Part shown: positions 25,400-37,958 of the stretch, one piece after another
Layout: each line of letters begins with the position of its first letter
Numbering within the stretch: the stretch's first letter is position 1
Origin: the human T2T-CHM13v2.0 reference genome, Homo sapiens
NCBI RefSeq assembly: GCF_009914755.1
Contig: NC_060939.1
Reading direction: 5' to 3' (one strand)
DNA: 64,000 bases
Made by a program: the position numbers and the translations under genes
The notes under the pieces: generated by a model
Told to the model about the DNA's origin: nothing
Databases searched by the model: none
Seen by the model: the letters and a program-made list of their open reading frames with translations, nothing else

Positions 25400-28300
25400 T
25401 TGTGTATTCTTCCTTCTATAAACAATGCTAGAATGAACTTCCTGGTATACAAAATAAATATCTCTGCCCAACCTTTTTACTGATAAGATGTTGAATATCT
25501 GGGTGAAAGATTGTGTCTTCTTTAAAGCTTTTGATACTTCTTGCAGATTACTTTCTGGAAAGACTGTGCTACCCTTCAGCACTTGCAAAGCTATCAGTTT
25601 ACCTGGACCCTCTCTAATGCAACACTTAACAATCTTCTCACATATTTAGTGTCAATTTTATACATGAACAGTGACATCCCATTATATTAGCTATTCTTAT
25701 TTTACTTAGTGTAAACCTCACTTTTTAATGTTTTCCTCATTTTTTAATCCCCATATTCTTCATTTATAAGTTTTCTCTTCATACCCCTGATCATTTTCCA
25801 GTGGTGAGGATTTTGTTTGAGTCCAGGTTATAAGAATTCTTTAAATAGTCCAGATAATGACCATTCGATGGTTTTCCACATTGCAAGACTTTTCTGGTTT
25901 TTTATATGGCTTTCAAATATGTTGACTAGGTTTTAGATTTCTGTTTCATTTCTAAAAGATTTTTTTAAAGAGTTCAATTGCCTTTGGTGTCAAATTTAGA
26001 AAGAATTCCATCATAAGTTTTAGAAAACATTAATTGTGTTTTCTTTTGATATTTTCATAATGTATTTTCTTAATATTTTCAAGCCATTTAGAATTACATT
26101 TTTATCATGGTGTGAGATAGGGTTATAACTTGATTTCATGCCAAAATTGTTGCAGGTGCTCTATTTGAAAAAAACCCTCTTATAGTGTAATAGTTTGTAT
26201 ACATAATGGTGTCTTCATTTCCAACTTTCTTTTCTATTGCACTATATTTTTATTTCTTCAGCTTTACTATATTTTGTTAGACCAACTTATAAAGAGTCCT
26301 AAGACAAATAGAGCAAGTAACCCCACATTACCCTTTCTTTAAATAATTTTTTCTTTGAACCCAATTCCATGTTTTTGTTGGTGATTTGGTCTTCTAGTTA
26401 CATTTCAAACAATTTCAAAAATTTTTAATAATTGAATAAAATATTTACTTCAAAATAGTTTATAATTTTCTTTGTATGCATTTAGGTGTCACTTTATGAC
26501 CCACACTGAAATTTGGTACTTTTTTCATGTAAACCTACATAGTTTTTATTGCTTTTATGACTAAGCATTTTATATATGTTTTTTCTGTTGTGGATGAATT
26601 TTTTTTAGTTGTTACATTAAAGTTTTAGCTGGTTAATGTTCAAACAGCAAAACTATTAATATCAATATTAATAATAATACATTTATTCTTGTGGCTGAGT
26701 CGTTTTTCCTGGTATGCAGGTCCCACAGTTCATTCACCATTCACCTATTTTTGGACATTTTGATGTTTCCAGGTTTGGGCTATTACAAATCAAGCTGCTG
26801 TGAACTATCATGTGCAGGTTTCAGTGTGGACATAAGTTTTTATATACCTGGGTGTAATGTCCAAGAGTGTAATTGTGGCATCGTTTTACAAAGTATGCTT
26901 TGAGTTTCTAAAGAAACTAACAAACTACATTCCAGAACAGCTGTACACTCATACCAGGAATGTATTAAAGATCTGGCTCATCTATCTCCTCTCCAGCATT
27001 TGGTATAATGACTATTTTAAAATTGTATTTCTTTTTATAGGTGGGCAGTGATATCTCATTATAGTCTTAATTTGCATTTCCCTCACAGTTAGTGTTGTTG
27101 AACATCTTAAATATTTATATAATATAGTAAAAAACACCACACAATTTTATAAATTTTAATTCAGCTGTCAAACATCATCTTAAAAACTTAGGAAAAGAAA
27201 AATCTATGTATTTGCTCATAGTTTTACTCTTTTGTTGCTTTTTTCTGCCTGCTTGTGTTAAAAATTTCTTTTTATTATTTATGTTTAGAGAGTTTCCTTT
27301 AACCATTCTTTTAGGGTAGATCTGTTACTAAAAAATTATCAAAAATTTACTTCCCATGAGAATGTTTTAAGTTTCCCTTCATTCTGGAAGGATATCTTTG
27401 CTAGTTTTAGAGTGTTAGGTTGTCAGTTCTTTGCTTTCAACACTTGAAAAATGGTGTGCCATTTTCTTCTGGCCTCTATGGTTTCTGATGAGAACTTTGC
27501 TGCCATTCTAATTGCTTTTCCCTATGGCATTGTTCCCCTAAAGTTTCTCCCACAGCTTTCAAGATTTTAAGTTTGTCTTTAGTTGAAGAAGATTAGCTAT
27601 CATCTGTCTTTGCCTTGATTTCTTTGGCTTTATCTGTTTGGGGGTTTTTCTAAGTTTCTTGTATCTGTAGGTTTATGTCCTTTGCATAGTTTAGGACATT
27701 TTCAGACATTATTTCTTTGGATACCTTCACAGCCTCTCTTCTTTTGGGACAATGGTGAAATGAAGATTAGATCTTTTGTTATAGTCCTACAGGATCTTAA
27801 TGTTCTCTTTATTTTTTTTTAAAGTCTATTTTCACGTTTTTGTTCAGACTGGGTTTTTTCTATTTTTCTACTTTCAGGTTTACTGATTCTTTCCTCTGCC
27901 TTCTCCTTTCTGCTGTTGAGTCCCTCTACTGAGTTTCCTTTATCTAGCTTTTGATATTTTTTCATTCTAAAATTTTCATTTCATTTTTCTTTATAGCTTC
28001 CATTTCTTTGCTGAGACTTTTTGTTTTTTACTGAGTTCTATAATTCTGTTATTGGATTTCTCAACTCTCCAGTTTCCATTTATTCTTCTTTATTTTCCCT
28101 ACCTTTTTTTCTGGGATGTTCTATTTCTTTCCTGAGACATTTTATTTTTTTCATTTGTTTCATGTGTGTCCATAATTACTTATGGCAACACTTATATGCT
28201 TTAAAATCCTTGTCAGATAATTTTAACAGCTGTATCATCTTGCTGTTGGCATGTCTTGATTATCCTGATTCTTGGTATGATGAGTGATTTTCTGTTGAAA

Positions 28301-29165
28301 CTTGGGCATTTTGAGTATTATCCTATGAGGCTATGGATCTTATTTAAATCTTCTGTTTGAGCTGATTTCTCTGACACCATTCACACAACAGAAAAAGGGA
28401 GCTTGTTACTGTCAGGTGTTGGGTGGAAGTCTAGGTTCCCCACTAGGCCTCCAGGGGCACCCAGTGTGGGGAGGGGCTCCTTGCTACTGCTGGGCCATGG
28501 TGGGAATTCCAGCTCCCCACCAGGACTTTGCTGATCCCTTTCTGGCCAGAAGAAGCAGCAGTTCCTCCTTACTGCTCTCCAGTGGTAGGGGACAGTCTTG
28601 TTACCAACAATTGCCTGTAGAGGTCCAGGTTCCCCACACAACCTCCACTGATATTGAAGGGGAGGAAGCCACATTATTACCCAGTGGGGATAAAAGTCTT
28701 GGCTCCCGCATGAGGGAGATGGGGGTCTGGTGAGAGTAGAAGCCTAGGCTCCCTGCTTTTGTTGGTGGGGATGGGGGTGGGACTGCTGGCTTTTCTGTGG
28801 TGTTTGCCTGGAGTAGAACAAACTTTTCTTTCTTGATAAGCTGCCCCCTTCCTCATCGTGTGGCTAGAGGAAACAAGCTCTTGTTGGGGCTTTTAATCAT
28901 CTGCACCTCTTGGCATTTCCAGCTCTCAGCTGTTCCAGCTCCAAATCTAGAGTATGTGAGGCCCAAAGGAAACCCAGAGAGATCATTGCCAACTCCACCT
29001 GCTAGTCCTGAGGCCCTGATACGGTCTGCCTTTTTCTCTCCCTACTCCATCCACGTTTCAGTGTCTTCTTATTTTTTTAGTATATAATATTTTAATATAT
29101 AATATTGAAGGAAATTAGGAAGAGGAAAAAGTAAAAATACTTCTCCATCTTTTCAGAAGTGAAAG
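25400..29165 (-). mobile_element. Ancient L1M fragments (3' UTR, ORF2 and 5' region pieces)
   Basis: Antisense L1-like stretches such as TTTCCAGGTTTGGGCTATTACAAATCAAGCTGCTGTGAAC, TTAATTTGCATTTCCCT and TTTCTGATGAGAA; GC-richer L1M 5'-like block at 28380-29040; boundaries approximate. Confidence 0.55.
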
Positions 29166-29259
29166 TCCTTGAATATGTATCTTAATTCCTTATTAGAATG
29201 CTTACATTGCATTTGGGCAAATAAGTGAGAGATAAAATTAAATGATTTTGAGACTCCTA

Positions 29260-29430
29260 AATTTATATATATGTTTATAACATATTATGTTACATAATGT
29301 ATTATCATATCATATATAATAAGTATTATATATTCTATTTGTAGTATCTATTATATTTATTTTGTTATGTATAATAAATGTATGTTATTATATATAAATA
29401 TATTACATGTATTTTATTATATATAAATGA
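29260..29430. repeat. AT-rich (TA)n-like low-complexity tract
   Basis: TATATATATGTTTATAACATATTATGTTACATAATGTATTATC... Confidence 0.75.
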
Positions 29431-31683
29431 CAAAACCATATTTGTTATAAAACACTAAAATTCACAGACATGATAATTGTGGTATAATCCATATATAAAA
29501 ATATTTTAAAAATAAATTAAAAAGTAATTCCACAAAAGATGATTCAAATATGGTTTTTTCTATATATACCCCTGTTATATGTTCAATTCAGCAACTCTTT
29601 ATTGCATGTCTAGTATGATCTCATTACATTCTAGGTGTTCTATAGTATAAAATAAACATAAATCTGACAGAGGCATGGGCCTTATTGACAATAACACTAT
29701 AACCATGTTAATGATAAAAATAAATTAATTTGTAAAGACTCATATTTAGAAAATGGAAATTTCATTAAGAGATGGAGTTATCAAAATAGTCATTTCATAG
29801 AAATTAAAGTGAGCTTTTTAAAAAAGCTGCATTTGGTTGTATGTTGAGGGGTTGGCAGACGGTTTTAGGAAATTGTGAAGGCTTGGGAAAATATTACATC
29901 TGGTATGTCTAAATGATCACAACAAGTACGACTTGACAACTTGATGCGCGGGAGAACTGCAAGTTTGTGAGTGACTAGAGCCAACTGTGCAGGATGCAAG
30001 GCAGGACATTATTTAAGCAAGACTGACCTTGTTGTGTCCCACTGGACCCTGTAGGCTCTGTTCATCAATACTCACATTGCACTAATAGGCAAGGGAGCAT
30101 CATTGCAAGTTCCACAAAAGTGGCATAATAAAAATGATGTTTAGAGAAATTATTAGGAGTGCCAATTTGGCTGGTTTTGCAACAGTTATTGCAGTAACCC
30201 AGGTGTGAAGCAACAAATCTACATGCATGCTCTTCTTCCACACCATGTTTCACCATGTTCTTCAGAATCAACAGCACAGCAATGGAATTAAAATGTGGTG
30301 ATTGCCTTTATTTCACAGAATACTCTGCTAGACAATATCCATGTGTTTTCTCATTTAGTATTCAATGCAACTATTGAGGTATTATTATTGACATTCTATT
30401 AGATTAAGCAGTTTTTCCAAAGTCCCACAGCCAATATTTAAATACAGGCTTTTGACATTGCATGACACTGACACCTCCATACCTAGCATGATGGAGGTGA
30501 GGCACAGGCTCCCAGGGTTCTCAATGACTTGAGCCTGTGTTGCAGCTGGGGCAGCTCTTGCCTTCCTTTACTCAGCTACTTTATTACCCACAAGTCAGCC
30601 TGTAAAATATGATAACAATTTAATGTTGTGATGCTGTAGAAACAAGTTTCATATTTCTTCCCCTTCCTCTCCATTCAGGCAATGTCCCACCAGACCTTCA
30701 GTTTAGGGTACCGCAGCCTGGAGAGCACAGAAGCAGCTCACATCAGTCAGCAGACAATTAAGACACTGGCCTTTGATTCATTTCCCGATCTAACATGTAA
30801 CCATGCTGCTGATTACCCATTTTCATTGTTTATGGCAAGGCAGGTGGATGAACAGCTCTGCCTGATTTATGAAGTGCTTGCCTTCTATAAATCACAGAGC
30901 AGAAACCCAGCACGCTGCTAATCCTAATTGGTTAAGTCCTAAGTAGGGAGTGATTAGAAAGTCTTCAGGAAAGAAGGTGCCTTATGCAAATGAGGGAGAC
31001 ATACAGCTCCTTGGGAGGAAACTCCCCCTGCTCACAATATGCTGTAAAGTTTTTGTTAATGTTCGTTCCTACTGCCCCCTTCTATCGCTTGCTGGTCAAC
31101 CCCTGTTGATCTTCCATTTGTTAATAAACTGGAGAGAGGGCATAAGTGGGAAAGCACAAACACTGTAGAAGCAGAATGCTGTTTGCCCACTTACTCTGTC
31201 ATTTGTTAATTTCAACCTGGATTAATTTTCCAGCTACTATAAACCATTCATCATGATGAAGGAGAACCGTGTAATATGACTCATAGTGCTGTTTATTGGA
31301 GTGGGAAACACGAGGGCTTTGAGTTCTGTCTACCTGCATTCCAATCCCACTCTTTCCTGGAAGAAAATGACATGGCATTCTCAGACACTCAGTGATGACC
31401 TTCTCTGATTGTTCACTTAAAGCCTAAACTACTTTGAAAAATTCTAAACATGTGAGGCTGTGCACATCTTCTGATTGGAAATAGGGCTAAGAAATGTATA
31501 CTCTGCTGGCAAAGGAAGAAAGAAGCCTGCAAATTGTTACAACTTTCCCCCCCAAGCCTCAAGGTTGAGGACACAGGGGAGTGTGCATATGACACATTTA
31601 AAGGAGCAGTGATCTGAGGTTAAAACTCAAAGCAGGAAACTTCCACTCTCCTCTTCCAACCAATTGAATGTGTTCCCTTTTTT

Positions 31684-31818
31684 GGCTAATTTCTCTTTTT
31701 CATTTCTCTCTCCTCTTCCCCATCTTCCTCCTTCTACTTCCCTTTCCCTTTGTACATTTTCCCTGTCTACCTTCCTCTTCTTCCTTTCTTCTCCATATTT
31801 CCCGGGACCCAATGGCAG
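31684..31818 (+). promoter_or_regulatory. 3' splice site with a distant branch point and long polypyrimidine tract
   Basis: GGCTAAT branch consensus (A at 31689), then ~110 nt of pyrimidine-rich sequence; no AG between 31636 and 31816; first AG at 31817-31818 (TGGCAG|G). Confidence 0.75.
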
Positions 31819-32026
31819 GTGCAGCAGCAGCAGTGGCAGCGTCCCTTCGGAACTGGAGGATGAACCTGCCTGCTTGGAGGAGATTGATTACAGTACCGAC
31901 AACAGCTCAGACCAGGAAGGGAGCTTGTCTGAGCTGGACCGGAGGATCCAGGAGTGTGCCTTCAATAAGTTTGAGGGAGAGGAAGAAGAGGAGGCACCAG
32001 GGCAGGGAGGAGAAGCCATCCCATAG
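31819..32026 (+). CDS. AGBL1: Terminal coding exon (phase 2) of cytosolic carboxypeptidase 4 / ATP/GTP-binding protein-like 1, acidic C-terminal tail
   Basis: Non-repeat open frame that retains CpGs, follows a strong acceptor and ends at TAG 32024-32026. The peptide segment ELEDEPACLEEIDYSTDNS is homologous to the recalled AGTPBP1/CCP1 C-terminus LDEDEPRFLEEVDYSAESN but is clearly not CCP1 itself, so the closest paralogue AGBL1 is inferred. Confidence 0.82.
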
Positions 32027-32769
32027 CCCCGAGGTTCACAGCAAGTTCTGTGTCTCCAACCATTGGATTGGACTAGCAGCTGTGTTGCTGCTTCTTCATC
32101 ATCAGACACACACAATGTATATGTCAGTGCAAAAAGCCAGCCTGTGTGAGCTCAGCAACCCCATTTCCAGATTTTGTTCTAGTTTCCCTATGCGTAGAAG
32201 CTAGCCACTTTATAACATTTTATATTAGAGTTAGGTAGCCCTTGGGGCCTATGCAAGCTGCTATTGTACTTAGAATGGGACCCAATGGGTAGCCTCAAGA
32301 TTACCATGGATCCTTTCAAGATTTTTCTGAGTTATTCTCCATTCTTGTGCTTGAACTGGAGCAAGCTGGAAGTAGAGGAGTTGGGCTTCTTCTTGGCTTC
32401 TCAGCCAGAATTCTAAGTGGTTATTTAAGTTGTTCCATATACAAGTGTTATCTTCCAATGTTATCTCCCCACCATAGCATTTGAGCACCCCAGAACAAAC
32501 CACTGAGACTCTGGGGATCCTGGCAGGGTCTTCAGGTGCTGGGGCTTGAACATGAAAAACTGTGCATCCAAGTAATTGCAGGTTTCATCTGTGATCTTCT
32601 CAAGCAGCATATATTTTACATATGTGGTACAGGCCAGAAGCTGCACTAGACTCTTAGAAATAAGACATTGTCACTGATCTTCACAGATTTTAAGATCCTA
32701 TGTATTCAGATCACCAAACATAATGCTAGGAAGTACCAGACCTACTGGAAAATTTATTCATTTCAGAAT

Positions 32770-32975
32770 CTGACAGATATGGTTCATATGCTAGATCTGG
32801 CAGTTGCTTGTTATGACAATTTAGGCAAGTAATTAAATTTTCCTAAACTTCAGTTTTCTTATATATAAAATGTGGATAAGTATATCTATATCATAAAATT
32901 ATTGTAGGATGAAATGAGATGATATATAAAAGTGTATAGCTTAGCATTTGGTACACAACAACATTGGCTTATTTT
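32770..32975 (+). mobile_element. MIR fragment
   Basis: TTAGGCAAGTAATTAAATTTTCCTAAACTTCAGTTTTCTTATATATAAAATG..GGATGAAATGAGATGAT. Confidence 0.7.
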
Positions 32976-33034
32976 TCTTCATAACACAAAAGAACATTCT
33001 ATATAAGAATTCTGACAGTTAAGAAAAAATTCTC

Positions 33035-33341
<307 letters not shown>

Positions 33342-33552
33342 TTACAGAGGAGCAGAATCTAGGAGGCTGGAATCACTTAAAACAGGTGAAAATGGAGCAA
33401 GGCCTTTTAGCATTCGGAAGGAAGAGGCTTAGTTATTTGAATAATGAAGTGTACGAGACCTGCGAAGAAAGGATGAGAAGGGACGACAAAGGCAGTGGTA
33501 GAGTGAGAGATAGAATACGCTAGGTCAAACTTAGGCTGTTTTAGATGTCATG

Positions 33553-34040
33553 TGTATTAGTTAGGATTAGGTTTAGCTGCAAGAGATGGACAACTTATCA
33601 TAGTAGTAGCTTTCATAAGGCATAAGTCTATTTCTCTTTCCTGTGGAATTTTACACACTGGAAGACCAGTCCTAGTGTCATGGCTGCATGGTGTCAGAGA
33701 CCTGGCTTCTGCAGTTTTCTGGCTCTACTGTGTGTGCTTCTACTCTTGGTCTAGAATGGCTGCTGAAGCATCAGTCACTGCATCTGCATCCCAGGCAGTA
33801 GCAAGAAGAACACAAAAAGAAATGCCTGTTTTCTATCTTTCCAAAAGCTCTACATAATATTTCTTCTTAATCCCACCGGCTGAAAAAAATGGGCCTATAG
33901 CCACAGGAAGCTGCAAGAGAGGTTAGAAAACATAGTCTTTATTTGAGGTGGGCCCAGCTAAAATTTGAAGTTTGAAGTAAAAGTCTGAATACTAAGGGAA
34001 AAGATAATAATACATATTGGGAGATTACATATCTGCCAAA
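33553..34040 (-). mobile_element. Old MLT1 (ERVL-MaLR, J/K/L-type) LTR
   Basis: TGTATTAGTTAGGATTAGGTTTAGCTGCAAG..AGAATGGCTGCTGAAGC..CCCAGGCAG..AAGCTGCAAGAGAGG. Confidence 0.6.
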
Positions 34041-34659
34041 AGACTTCTCCTGATGTTCCAAACACCACCAAGGGAGTTTTGGATATATCAGAATAATCTC
34101 AGATGACACTCATAGCACACACCTCTTGACCAGCAGAAAGCCACAGAACAAAACAGGATTAGCTCCAAGGCATAGAAGAAAGGCATCTGTGTTGTGATTT
34201 TGGGAGTTGATAACATTATTAATAGTCTCTTATTTTTTTAACTCTTTTCCAAGTTTCCATTTTGTAGTTCAGAAATTGTATATCCATTCTTCATATTAAG
34301 ACATGTATGTTTATGTAACATATGCAAGAAATTTGAAGACTATTAGCAAAGATAATGAAAGTGAAACCCAAACGCTATATAGCTCTTAACTCCTCCCATA
34401 TTTAATCTTTCCACTCTTAAATAAAGGCTAGCATAATGGTGCTGATTTCTCTTTGCTTTGAGGATTCAAGAAGATAATATTGAAATGTAATTGCTGAGAG
34501 AGGTGGGAATGATGCTAGCTTATCATTAATTATTATTTCAGCCCAAATTAGTTTTGGGGGTTAGCTTCTGGTCATGAGGCATGTTTCTTAAAAAACGTGA
34601 CCATGACAGATAAGTTTTTATGTGGCATGTTCAGAAAAAGCCAGGAACATGAAGTATTT

Positions 34660-35410
34660 GTTGATCCATCTATGTAACAAATGTATATTTAACCCCTAAC
34701 TGTGGGTCATGCACTTTACTAAGCTCTACGGATGCAGATAAGAAAGACCTATTTTGTGCCCTCAGTAACCAGACAAAGAAGAACAATAAACATTCTAAGT
34801 TAATGCAGTATGGCCCATGCCATTATGGAACTCTGCAAAGAATATTACAAAAACGCCTAATCTAATGGGGGTGGCAGTTGTGGTAAAAGTCTACCAAAAG
34901 AAGGTCATAATTTGGGTGATTCTTGAAGAATATGCAGGAGTTTTCAAGTATAAAGGGAGAAAAGACATGCGAAGGAGTGGAAAGATTTTGTGCAAAGGCC
35001 CTGTGGTAGAGTTAGAGCTTGAAATAAAATGTTCAGTGTGACTGGTTTAAAAGATGTGTTTGTATGTGAGGAAAGGAGGAGAGTGACAAGAGATGAAATG
35101 GAAAAACTAGACAGCAGTCAGATAAAGCTGCATTTGGCATTCCTTGATGAAAAGGCTGAATTTAATTCTGAATGTAATGGGGGAGACTTAAAGAGCTTTC
35201 AGCAGAGGCATGCCCGTGACTGATATCAGCGCCATTGTTCCCTTGTTTATGGCTGAGGGTTTGGTGCTCCTGCTATGCTGGTTGTTCAGTAGTTTGAGGA
35301 GTGCCCCAGGTGTGATACTACTATATTTGAAGAGCAGAACGTTTGCATTCAGGTCAAAGATAATAAGTGCAGTTTGGGGACATGTTAAATGTTGGTGGCC
35401 TACATGATAG
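34660..35410 (-). mobile_element. L2 fragments
   Basis: GCAAAGGCCCTGTGGTAG..TTTAATTCTGAATGTAATGGG..TGCAGTTTGGGGACATGTTAAATG. Confidence 0.5.
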
Positions 35411-36489
35411 CCCGTTCGAAAGGTTTCCTAGAAATCAGAGGTACCTCAGGAAGCAGAAGGAGAACAAAGAGAGGTGTACCTAACACTTGGTGATTTTGGG
35501 GACACAGGTGAATGTCCTGAGCACCTAAGCCCAGGTGTCAGTGAGTTGGGAAGGCAATTGATTGGAGGGAAGAGGGGACTTGGGAGCAGACCTCTCTCCT
35601 TTCCTGCTAGGACTGAAGGCTATCTTGTGTCAAATCTCACCAGTCTTCCATCCAGAGTTAGAGGGTACTTACTTGAGAGTTAACTCTCAATAGTTATAAG
35701 AGCCATTCTTCCAGTCAAGCCAGGACTTTCTCTTGCTGGCCAGACCACTTCAGTGAATTGTTGGGATAAAACGTGTTCTACCAAATTCAAAGCCAAACTA
35801 AGATGACCCAAGAATTCCAAGGAGTTGTAGGCCATAATGGGAAGCAAATGTGGTCCAAAATGTGCAGAGGAGAGAGGAGAGTCCAGAGAGGCGATGTTGG
35901 GGCAGGCCAAGTGCATGCTGTCCTGTACCAACTGTCATCCGGTGCTCTGCATGCAGGACTGGAACTGGGGCTGAGGGGCTGTGGGGGCCTGCAGCTTCAT
36001 GGGACAGCCTGGTAAAACTTCTCTGATGGGCAAAGGTTGGGAGCTTTCTGATTTCACCTTTAAGATAGTCCCATTGTTAGAATAGAAGCCCAAGACTTGC
36101 CACCCACGAGCCCTCAAGGGTGGAAACTACTGACCCCTTCGTAACACTTCCCTCTGGCAAGAGGCTTTGTGGCTTCACATTTCCTTCAGAAGGAAGTCTA
36201 AATGTCTCAACAGATCCCTTTATAGCCTGGCCCCAATCTCCTTGACAGCCTCAGGTTCTGACATTCTTTGTTCTCTTTGATTTGCCACAGAACATACCCT
36301 CTTTCTCTCTCATCGCACTTATGCTTGTGAGTGTCTACACACATATGCACATGCACAGTGCAATAGGGGCATGGAAGGGCACTTCTTAAGCCACACAGCT
36401 CCCTAAATGTACTTTTTGATTTTTCTAACATTTTCACATTTTTCCTCTGCCTCTGATAAGAATCTCCCATTCTCTTATTTGGGAATATC

Positions 36490-36770
36490 AAAACTCAGTT
36501 CAAATATCACCTTTCTTCTATAAAACTTGTCCTCATCACCCAATGCCAAGTTATATATAATCTCTCTTCCATGCCCCTGTTGCACTGTTTATATATCTCT
36601 TTTATACTATGCTTATTTTTAACTTGATAAATATGTCTTTTATACCCACACCCCCATTCACCATTGAATAGTGAGCTCTAAAGTGCACAAACCTGCTATT
36701 ATCTTGGCATCTGTCCCTATACCTATCATACTTCTTAACACATTGCAGGTGTTCAAAAATGTGTCTTCCC
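36490..36770 (+). mobile_element. L2 3' fragment
   Basis: CTCAGTTCAAATATCACCTTT..GTGAGCTCT..CACATTGCAGGTGTTCAAAAATG. Confidence 0.55.
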
Positions 36771-37919
36771 CTCAGCTTCAAACTCAGACATCCAATGTTT
36801 CAATGAAATCTCACTTATTTTCCTTAAATCCCTCCGTTTTCCATCTCAAAGAAGAGTTTGTGTTATAGACAGGGAAACACAAAGAAGAGTTTGTGTTGTA
36901 GTTTCACTAAAAGGACGTGTAGCACAAGTGCAGCCTGGCCTCTCAAGCTGGTGGTTGCCATGGAAGAGTTCCCAGTGCGAGGCGAGCTTAACAAGGGGCA
37001 GGGTGTCCTTTTCCTTACCTGTGTTGTGCAAATGCTTAGAGTGGTGATAATGGAGGGGTGGCATCTCCAAGGGTTCCCAGGAGCTGCCACATTTACCCAG
37101 GGGCTCTGCCTCCTATGCTCCCTTTGGTGAGAACTGTCTGTGCAGCTCCATGGATATCATGCCAACTTGGCTGCCTGGGCTCTCCTTGCAATCCCATCAA
37201 TAAGAATCAGCATCCAAGAATTCCATACATTGGCTTCAGTTTCCTTCCAGAAAGAGGATTCAGAGCCACCAAGAATATTTGAAATTAACCTGCTCCCTGA
37301 GTTACAAGCTCACCTTGAGGGCTGCCAACACAAGGAAGGTCATATTACACCCTTTCATTTATCAGCCTGGAAAATGGTGCCGTAGAGTCGATTTCATATG
37401 CTAAGGGCAGCCTCTGCCCTATGCCAAGAGAAGGAGCTCCCAGGAAATGCCTGACATAAGTCATCCTTGTTAGGGCCACAGAAGAATGACTCGCATGGTG
37501 GATCTCAGCATTTGGATTTGCATTAAAATGATGGATTTGTTTTGCCTTGCTGGTACAGCTCACCCCAGCTCCCCAAACTCTCTAGTCTTGGAAAGACATG
37601 CATAGTAGCCTGGTGCCCACCAGGAGGGCTTTTCTGGGCAAAAATAATTCATCAGCTCTGGAGCCTGCTGCTGTCTTCCCAACAGATGTCCTCTTTTGTT
37701 TGTGTTGCAGTTTGGTTCATGCTACCAATGCTTGATAAAAAGTGTTCTTTAGAAAAGAAAAAATAGAGTGGTAAAAGGGAATTTTGAGATAAAAATGGAT
37801 TCTATTACAACCTTTCAGTGCCTAATAATAAAAAGATACAATTGCATATAACTTAAAATCATCTATTACACACACACAATTCAACATAATGGAGCTGAAG
37901 CTGAGTTTGAGTTCCCCAC

Positions 37920-37925
37920 CACACA

Positions 37926-37958
<33 letters not shown>
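37920..37958. repeat. (CA)n microsatellite
   Basis: ~19 CA units with one TA interruption. Confidence 0.95.

Noticed and set aside
31664-31818. Phe/Ser/Leu-rich N-terminal part of ORF 31664-32026
   Set aside because: Translation of the intronic pyrimidine tract; only 31819 onward is taken as coding
31668-32204. 178-aa ORF, the longest in the track, with internal MAGAAAAVAAS
   Set aside because: Alternative frame over the real exon; its N-terminus is the polypyrimidine tract and its ATG (31812) lies in the intron. The other frame carries the CCP1 homology.
36954-36967. RFX X-box-like GTTGCCATGGAAGA, attractive for a cilia-related gene family
   Set aside because: Second half-site is imperfect, the site is far from any promoter, and such a match is expected by chance in 64 kb
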